Below are positions 17,501-26,500 of a stretch of 27,260 bases of DNA, piece by piece. The DNA is from a virus. Lineage: Duplodnaviria > Caudoviricetes. A program made the position numbers and the translations under genes. The stretch lies in IMG/VR virus record IMGVR_UViG_3300031673_000386, positions 1 to 27,260 of that record, one strand, 5' to 3'. How positions within the stretch are numbered: the first letter of the stretch is position 1; every line of letters begins with the position of its first letter. The notes beneath the pieces were generated by a model. The model saw nothing but the letters and a program-made list of their open reading frames with translations, was not told the DNA's origin and searched no databases.

Positions 17501-20500
17501 AATGGTTTCCTTAGTCGGAGGTTTTCCTTTTTCTTTTTCAGCATAAACTTCCATCGCTGTTCTGTGAGCCTCAATATTCTCATCCAGAAAATCATTGTTA
17601 TTTAAAACAGCATTTTGCGCTTTTGTTATTTTTTGTTTTATGGGAGGTTTTTCATTCGGATTATCCTTGTAAAATTTCTCCAACGCCTTTAGGTAATCAG
17701 GCAATGAAGGGTAATTCTCTTTTTTAGGTTTTTCAGGTAGACCGTATTTGCTTTCCGGTTCGAATAATGGCATCCCCTCCCTTAATGCCGATTCTTTCAT
17801 CTGTGGGGTAATGGGTAGGGATTGAACTTTTATTCCAGATTGTTTCCATTGGTCAATTTTTGATGGGTCAACATTATTCATAACCATATTACCATCAATA
17901 TCTGAAATCTCATAAAAACCATTGTTTTTTAATCTGATTTTAAATTTTGGTACACCAATATCCGTTTCCTCCACTCTCGCCCCGAACTTCTTACCTAAAC
18001 TGTTTGCTGCATTTCTGACTATCTGGTCATAAAAGGCTTTCATTCCTTCGCCTCCTACTTTTAGGTCAAGACCGGAAAACTTCATTCCTTCTTCATCTTG
18101 CATTATTTTTTCAGCAAGGTCTTTCCCTACAACTTCGTCAAGATTTTTTCCTACAAGTTCAATTCCTGTACTCCCGTCAACTTCAAATATTTTCCCATCT
18201 GCATCAACTTGTAATTGTATTTCCTGATTATTTTCCTTCATTTTGATGAATACTCGCCTACTATTCATCAATGGTGTATTTCTTACATAATCAACTTGTT
18301 TACTCAAATCATACCTTTCAGCCTGCATTTCTCCATTAGTCCATGCAACTTTATCAAATCCGTTTTCTGCTGCATAGCGGATCATCCTTCGTAATACAAG
18401 ATTTACCCATTGAGAGGTTTGTTTGAAGGGCATATCGGGAACATCATCATGTTCTTTAAAATAACCTGTTTTTTTTGCTTCACGAATTGCATCATCTTTA
18501 TTTTCTTTTCCTAATCCAATTTGGTTCCCATGCTCATTATAAACTTTCCATAACTTGACATCGCGCATTGAATAAAGCAAAGTTGTTTTATCATCTTGTT
18601 TTACTGTCCATCCCTCTGGTAATGTAAGTTCAGGCAATTTTTTGTCTTTAAATCCCTCCTTTCTCCCTTTCTCTGCCCAGTCAGACTGAATTTCTTCCAG
18701 GAATAATACTTTCTCTCCACTCTCTAAATTTCTTTCGTTAAAACGGACGTGTGCAAGTATGTTGGGTTCGTCGAAGTGAGAAGATTTGAAATAATTATCT
18801 TCGCCTAATTTTTGAATTTCAGCCCATTTATCTCCCCATTCTTGTTCTGCTATTAATTCACGTTCTTGTTCTAATTTTTCAACTTTAGGTAAAATATCAT
18901 CGGTTCTTCCTTCTCCTGAATGAATTTTTTTAAGAAGTGTATTGATTTTATCAGTATAATCCCTCCATTCCTTAGTGTTTTCTGCCTGCTGTCTTATTTC
19001 TTTTTTTAATTGCTCAATTCTTACTTTTCTTTTTTCCCATGTCGGCATCGTCAACAATACCTCTTTGTAGTTCTCTCCCCCGGGAAGTTGCCATTGGGAA
19101 AATTTGGTATCGTCTGCATATTGCTTATATTCGTTTTTTGCCGCTTCTTTAGCTTCAAATACTGTTGTAAACCATGCTATTTCTTCATTGTCTTTTAATA
19201 GTAAAACCTCTCCATTTTCGTAATCGTGAATTGTAAGCCCTGTATTAGATGTATATGATATAACACCAGTACCCTGATTTGCGTCATTCCAATAAATACG
19301 TGTTTCTTTGGATTTAATTCCTTTTGTAACTTCCTCAATCTCAACCTTATTCTGATTAATCCAGTCCTGAATATCGGCTTTGGTAATTGATTTTTTTTTC
19401 TGGATTTGTGCTTTTTGATAATCCTTATCGATCTTATTCCATTCTCTCACTAACTCTTTTTGGTTGTTAGTCAAGAATGGCGAATCTTCTTTAACTTCTT
19501 TCCATTCACCATTGACAACTTTAGAAAGCGTATATTCTCCTGCGTGTTCTGTATCGTCACCCCATTGCATATCGTCAATTTCATGCTCTTGAAGTTTATC
19601 GTAAACAGCATCCAGTTTAGCTTCATACTCATCCAATACACCAATATTTTCAGTAAATGCTTCATCCCATCCCATCCAGTCCAGTTCCGCTTCTTTGGCT
19701 CCGTTTTTAAGCAACATAGCTTTCATTTGGTCCGGAGTACCTTTTTCTTGTTTTATGCTCTGCAGGGCTTTCTCTGTGGGGGAATAAAATACCTGTTTTG
19801 TTACCGGACGACCGCCGTAGGTGGCTTGTGGTTCTTGTACTATTCCTTCGTTTAACTTTGAGATGATGATTTCACCTGTTTTATCAATTTCTCCAGGTCC
19901 TTCTCCTCTAATTTCTTCACCTGTTTTATCAATTTCTCCACGTCTTTCACGTCTTTCTCCGGAATATGGTCTTTCACGAATAATTCCTTCATGAATTCCA
20001 ACACGGAGAGCAGAGTATCTTTGTCCATCATCTCTCTCTTTAAGAGTTCGTGATAAATTTTTTGTACTGGACTTATTGTATTCATGTTTTAATCTCCTAT
20101 AAGTTTCGAAATGTTTTTGATACAAAATTCGTAATAATGGTTGGAAATAAAAAATCTCATCAGCCATTTTTGCATATAAATCAGATATTTCGATTGCAAA
20201 TCTTTCATCATGCCCTCCTGGTGATCCTTCATGGGCAAGTTCATGTAAAAAAACATGCAGGGTATTTTGTATTGCTTCATTAATAGTATTATAATCCTTA
20301 CCTAATGGATTGAAAAAGATAGCATTTAAAATTTTCTGAACATGTACACCTGCGTATTCCTTGTCAATAGATATACCTGTGAAATATTTTACATTTCCTC
20401 CTCTAATTTTTTCATAACCGTATCCCATCACGTCTCCTGCCCTTTTAACAAAATCTTTTAAAACGGCTCCCAGGTCAGCAAAAAATTCAATTCCACCTTC

Positions 20501-23500
20501 CATACCCATAAAATCCACATTTGTATTATTATGCATTTGCGGATCATCAGGATTAAGAAATTCAACATCTACTTCGGCGCCTTCTATTTCTCTTTTGGCT
20601 TGAAATGACGTTTCATATTCTTTTTCTGTTTCTATTTTTTTATATCCCGTTCCCGAAGGAATATAAATATCTTCATACCGGATTATTATACGCGCATATT
20701 TTGGAATTTCTTTTTCGATATTAAATTCCTTGTTTAATTCCCTGATTTTTGATGCATACTCTAATGGGGAAACTTTCGCTCCCTCGACGAGGCTTTTATT
20801 AATATCCACTTTTGGCAATGGTCTTAAATCACTAAAAGTGGCAGCAGCTTCTTTTTCTGCTTCTCCGGATGCAAATTTTCTTATGTAATTTCCAAGTTGC
20901 TTAATATCATTTTGAACAGCAGGAGAAAATGCTTCCCTTTGATTGTTAAAAGGATAATATTCATCCGTTGGAGCTACATAAGATTTGATATTTACTATTA
21001 TATCATAGGGTATTTTATCAAATTCCCTAAATATAAATGTATGTTCAAACTGATAAATTCCGGCACTTAAAACCTCATGGGTTGGGTACTCTTTCTTTTC
21101 TTCACTCATATAAAGATCAGCCTCTCCCCAGTTAAACTCTGCGGTTGTAAACAAAGAGGGAACTTTTTCTTTTGCATTGTTACCACTGGGTAACATCTGC
21201 TCATGTTCCCGGCCATAAGATATTGCTTTAAAGTTTACATTAACATTTCCAAGCAGGGGCCGTTTGAGAATACTGAATGCCTCCCATTTTTGTGCAATGT
21301 CATTCCATTTCCCGGGGAAATTTATCTCTTTATCCGCTCCGTAAAAATCCGTATAGGATCCTGGTATGGTAATACGTACCATTGTCCCGTTTGGTTTATT
21401 GGTATGTTCTTTTTTAAGCTTAAAACTTCCGTTATATAATTCAAAATTGGTAGTATTAATTGTAGTTGTTAAACCGTCTCTTGTCGTTTCCAGTTCTATT
21501 CTTTCACTACCCAGTAAAAATTGAACCTTAGCCAATCCAAAACCTCCGGAACTTTCCCCTACTCCCAATCCTTCCTTACTTGTTCCTCCTACTGTAAGAA
21601 ATGCATTTTTTACAATATCCGGGGTCATTCCAACTCCATTGTCTCTTATTTCAATTGTTCTTTCATCATAATCCACTTTAAAATCTATTTTCCCTTCTTC
21701 TCCGGTCTTTGTCGTCATGGCTTTGACTGCATCAAAACTGTTTTGCAGTAATTCTTTTACAGCTACCTGTGCAATCGGAGCTTCATACATTTTAGAGCCT
21801 AACAGTTGAAGCATCCTTTTCTTGTCAAATGCCAGTTCTGCACTTTCTTCACCTACATCAAATGATTGAAAATTAATTTGTTTTTGACTGGGTGTTAATT
21901 TTGATTCTCCTTCATGTACTTCATATTCCCCTTCCGGTTCATATAGCATTCCCTCATCGGCCATACTTTCGTAATTGGTAATGATATTTTCATCTTGTTT
22001 TATCGTTAATACATCTAAAAGTTGAGAATCAATTGGTTGTAAAGCATTTTTTATTTTACGTACTGTTTCTATGGTTATCATTCCATTAGAGGCCAGAATT
22101 ATATTATTCCCATGCCTGCCAACATCTACATATAATTGTTTTATGAATTGACTGACAGGAGTGGTTTCATCAATAAGATAGTAACGATTAATATTATTAC
22201 CACGGTCAAGAATTAACACGTGAGTTTTATTTGTGGTACCTCTTTTTTGCTTACTTAAAAACAAGGCGACATCATGGGAACTTCTGATTTGTGTTCTGTC
22301 TTCTGAATTTACATAAAATTTCTGCTTTTCGAACTGGTAAACTCTGATAGGTTGAATCTTCCCCCTAACCTCTCTTTTTTCGTAAATATCACCATAAGCA
22401 GAAAGAATATCAATAATAGCATATTTTCCTTTATCTATATCAATAATAACAGATGGTAAATATTCAATACTCATTAAAGTACATGCTTCTTTAAGTTTTT
22501 TGCTAATATTTATATCTGCAGCAGATGCCATTAAAGTTCCGCTGGGATGATTGTGTACAAAACTAACTTTTACTGCATTAAATTCTGCCGCTGCTGCCAT
22601 TATAAGTTTATGATCGATTACAGTACCCGCTGTTCCTCCTGTGGATAAATATTGTACCCGGTAATTCCATTTTTTATCAATCAATACAGCAAAGGCATGT
22701 TCATTGGTTGCTGATTCCAGGTTTTTGAAAAGAAAAGCAATATCATTTGGAGATTCTATTTTTGCCGAGCCGGTTAACTGTTCTCCCATGAACGTTAGAT
22801 ATCCTTTATCGGATAACTGACGTTCCATTGCTGTCAATCTGTTGTCGATATCGGGGATATAATTTCTTTTCCGTTGTATATCACGGGTGGCGGGGTCAGA
22901 ACCGAAGGCGGGATCTCGTTTTGCTGATACAGTTTTATCTTCCCAGTCGAGTTGGGTTTGGATCGCCTCTTCTTTGTATAGAATTTCTTCATTTTTTGTT
23001 TTTTTCTGCAATTTACTACTTTTTTCCGGTGTTTCCAATACATCAGCAAGAGCAACTTTATACCCTGCACGTGTCAATTTAGGAAGATAGTTATCAAGAT
23101 TAAAAACTGGAAATCCGGCTCTGGGATTCCCGTTTGGACTTTTTGTCAATACTGTTCCTAAATTTTTTGAAACTTTAATCGCATCATCCCCAAAGGTTTC
23201 ATAAAAATCACCACTACGCACTAAAACTATACTATCCGGATGCTTCTGTTTAATTTTTGTATATGTTTGTTCAGCATCAGAATAACTTGTGAAAGGTTCA
23301 TATAAAATTGTCTGGCCATCTTCCTGTTTTTCCTGTATGGTGTCAAAAAATTGCTGGAATGCTTCGTTTATTGCCGGTGTTTCTTCTTTTGTCGGATATG
23401 GATAATTATTCGTGTCAAGTCCTGATTTTATCCATTCTTCTGTTTCTTTAAAGTTTGCCAGATAATCATTTTGCTCATTTGTTGCTCCTAATTTTTCGAT

Positions 23501-26500
23501 AATAAAATTTTCGAATGAACGTGCCGACATTTCTTCTATCGTTGACCAGTATAAATCACTTCTTGTACTGTCCAGTTTCTTACTCCTGTTTGGTAATTCG
23601 GATTTTCTGATAGTTTCAACTACGTTCTTAAATGCGTCAATCAATTCCGTTCTTAATGATTCATCTGGGGCAACCTCCCTGCCAACAACATTCATTTTTT
23701 GTCTTGGAGATTGTGTTAAAAATCCTGATTTATCACCTCGTTTTCGTGAAAAATAACTATCTAAGGCGTGCCACCACTCATGCGCCAAACTTCCTGCACC
23801 CCTTGTTTTTGTAAGATTAATAACTACCTGTCCTGATTCATAATGTGCTGAATATTTTCCCGATCCTCTGGCCCCAAATGCTATTCCCAATTCACCACCT
23901 AAAGACAATGCCCGCGAAGATACATTTAACGCTGTGGACAAATCCATTAAAGCATCACAAGCCTGGTTCAGGTCATTCTGTCTTTTGTCGTTCTCTACCC
24001 AATTACCAAACTGTACACCCCTAAACCCAAATGTATTTCCAAATTCTTCTGGTGTTATATTTTTTCCATTACGGTAATCTGTTCCTATTCTTTTACGGTT
24101 TGTTTCCCTACGTTCTTCCGGCTTTATATTTACAGAATTCCAAAGTTCCTGTAATTGTGCCATTTCGTTTTTAACCTTATTTCTTGCTTCCTGTACTGTT
24201 TCAATGCCATCAATTAACCTGAATACCCCGGTTGCTGTTTTCTTTCCAATAAAATACTTGCCTGTTTTCCGGTCTTGATAAATACTAAGTTTTACATCTT
24301 TCGATTTTTCTTTGTTTGCAGCAAACATCTTTTTTAATGCGTCTGCTGCTTCTTGTGCTGTTTTATGATCTGATATTATATAAGGACTTTTTACAATAGA
24401 ATACGTTGTCCCCAACACATTTTCTGCTTTTTCTCCCCTATGAAATTTTTTAATTTCATAAACTCCCATATTAATATCTTCATTCGGGAAACCTAACGCT
24501 TTTTGTACTTCTTCAAATAGATTGAACTTATTGTTTAAATTGGTCATTAATGGCTCGCGTAACTTGTCAGCTATCTTTTTACCGTTCTCTTTATTATCAA
24601 GTAAATCAGTGAATATATCAATATCCTGCTGTACTGTTTTCGCCCAACCTTGCAATCTATATTGCTTTCTTGGTTTTGGAGGAATATTATCATAGAGAAA
24701 CTTTAAAACAAGTGCGCCGTCTTCTGATAATGTGCCGTCCTTTACCAATTGGACAAAGTCAGGACGTGGAAATGTTTTTGAAAGTGGCTGGTTTATAATA
24801 TCCGTTTCGGTAACATCGTTAAGCCTTTTGTAAATCATTTTTTTGGCTCCTTCGATTTTCTCTCCAAAATCTTCAATCTTCTTTGGTTGTTTACTTATTT
24901 CATCCAGTTTCATTTCAAGCGGTAAGACTGGAGTTTCAGGTTCAATAGGTTTCTTTTCAAGTTGTAATTTGTCAAATTCTGAAGCATAGTCACGGCCTCT
25001 TTTGCTGACGGCTGAAAATTTATTGAAATCGGCACCAAAGAGAATATAATTCTTGTCACTGAGTTTTTCAATAACATCACTGCCATATTTTTGACTTAAA
25101 TTACTTCTTGTTAATCTCGATGGAGCCGTAACCTTGTTGATCTCATTTAAAGCAATGGCCTCTTTTTCGGTTAATCTGGTTCTTTTATAAAATTCACTGA
25201 GGCCGTGTTCTTCCAGTTTCTTCTCAATAGGTAATTTAGTGGGAGTTTCTTCAATCTTTTCAACAACATTTAGAGGAAATGATTTTTGTAATTTTTGTCC
25301 GGATAGATTTTTCCCAAAGTAAAGTGTAACCCAGTTATTTTCATTCGGATCAATCCAGCTTTTTACAACTTCTCCTTCTGTACCAACCGGGATGTTAGCA
25401 TAAAAGTGTGTAACACGGTATTTTTCTCCTTTTTGTGGAAGAGTTGGTTTTTCTGCTGGTGTAAATTCTTTATACTGAGTAAAAGGTTTCAGTTTTCTTG
25501 TTCCGCTATCCAGCCATTCTTTGAATTTTTCTTTCGATACCTCGGTAATATCCCTTAATCCCTTCCATCCGGGTTCATAATTGGAAAAGTATGCCTGTCT
25601 TGCATCATCTTCGGTATCAAATCCTAACATGACTTTGTGTTCGTCAAACTCAGCGGAGTTTTCCGGATTAACCTGGTCAATGATAAATACATTATCCGAA
25701 TCGGGATTATCTCCTAAGAATACATCAATCTGATCCCCGTCCTTTCCTTTTGTCCTTTTGAAATAGCCGTAGGTGTTATTTAATTTCCGTGTCCACTCTT
25801 TCCCGGTTTTGTCGGTTCCCGATCTTTCGCTGCCCCGTGGGTTTTCTATGGTAATATCAAACCCTGCAAAATTCACATGCCCTTTCTTGTAGTTGCCGGC
25901 TTCCTTCTGTGCATCTGAAGGGAAAAGTTCTACTTCGGATTCAGCTTGTTGGAGTTCTAACTCCGGTTTCCCTTCATCCTTCGGCTGTGCAAACATGTCC
26001 CCCTGGGCCTGCGCTGCATTTTTAGAATCATCAACGGCCTTCTCCTGTTGTTTGATTAAATCAAAGTATTCTTTCTGACTGGCTGTAATTTTGTCTTTTA
26101 GTGGTTGGAGTACTCTGTCCATATTTTCCTTGGACAAATCTGCCGGAATATCAAAGATTATTCCCCCGTGTTTTACACTTTCCCTGTCATCGGGACTTTT
26201 ATTAAATTCTCTTATGATGTGATGCTTGGCCTTCTCCAAGTCCCTTACGGATTCATCCGTTCTGTATTTTGCCTGATTGATTTTCTTTTCATATTCATCG
26301 ATGGCCTTTTTTGCTAAATCTTGTTGTGCCGGGGTTAATCCGGCAAGTTTTTCCTGTAGTTTTTTCTGTCGGGTTTGGTCGGCTGTTTCTATTTCACCGA
26401 ATAAAGGTTGTTGTGTAGGTTTTACCAGTTCGGTTGGCACTGTTGGAGGTACTGGGGATACTGGAGTTATCTCCAATGGAACAGGTTTGATCGGTTCTAC

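Noticed and set aside
23040-23265. Host mutS or radC genes indicating chromosomal DNA
   Set aside because: They are isolated domains inside the phage polyprotein. The MutS ATPase and the RadC HhH region are absent.
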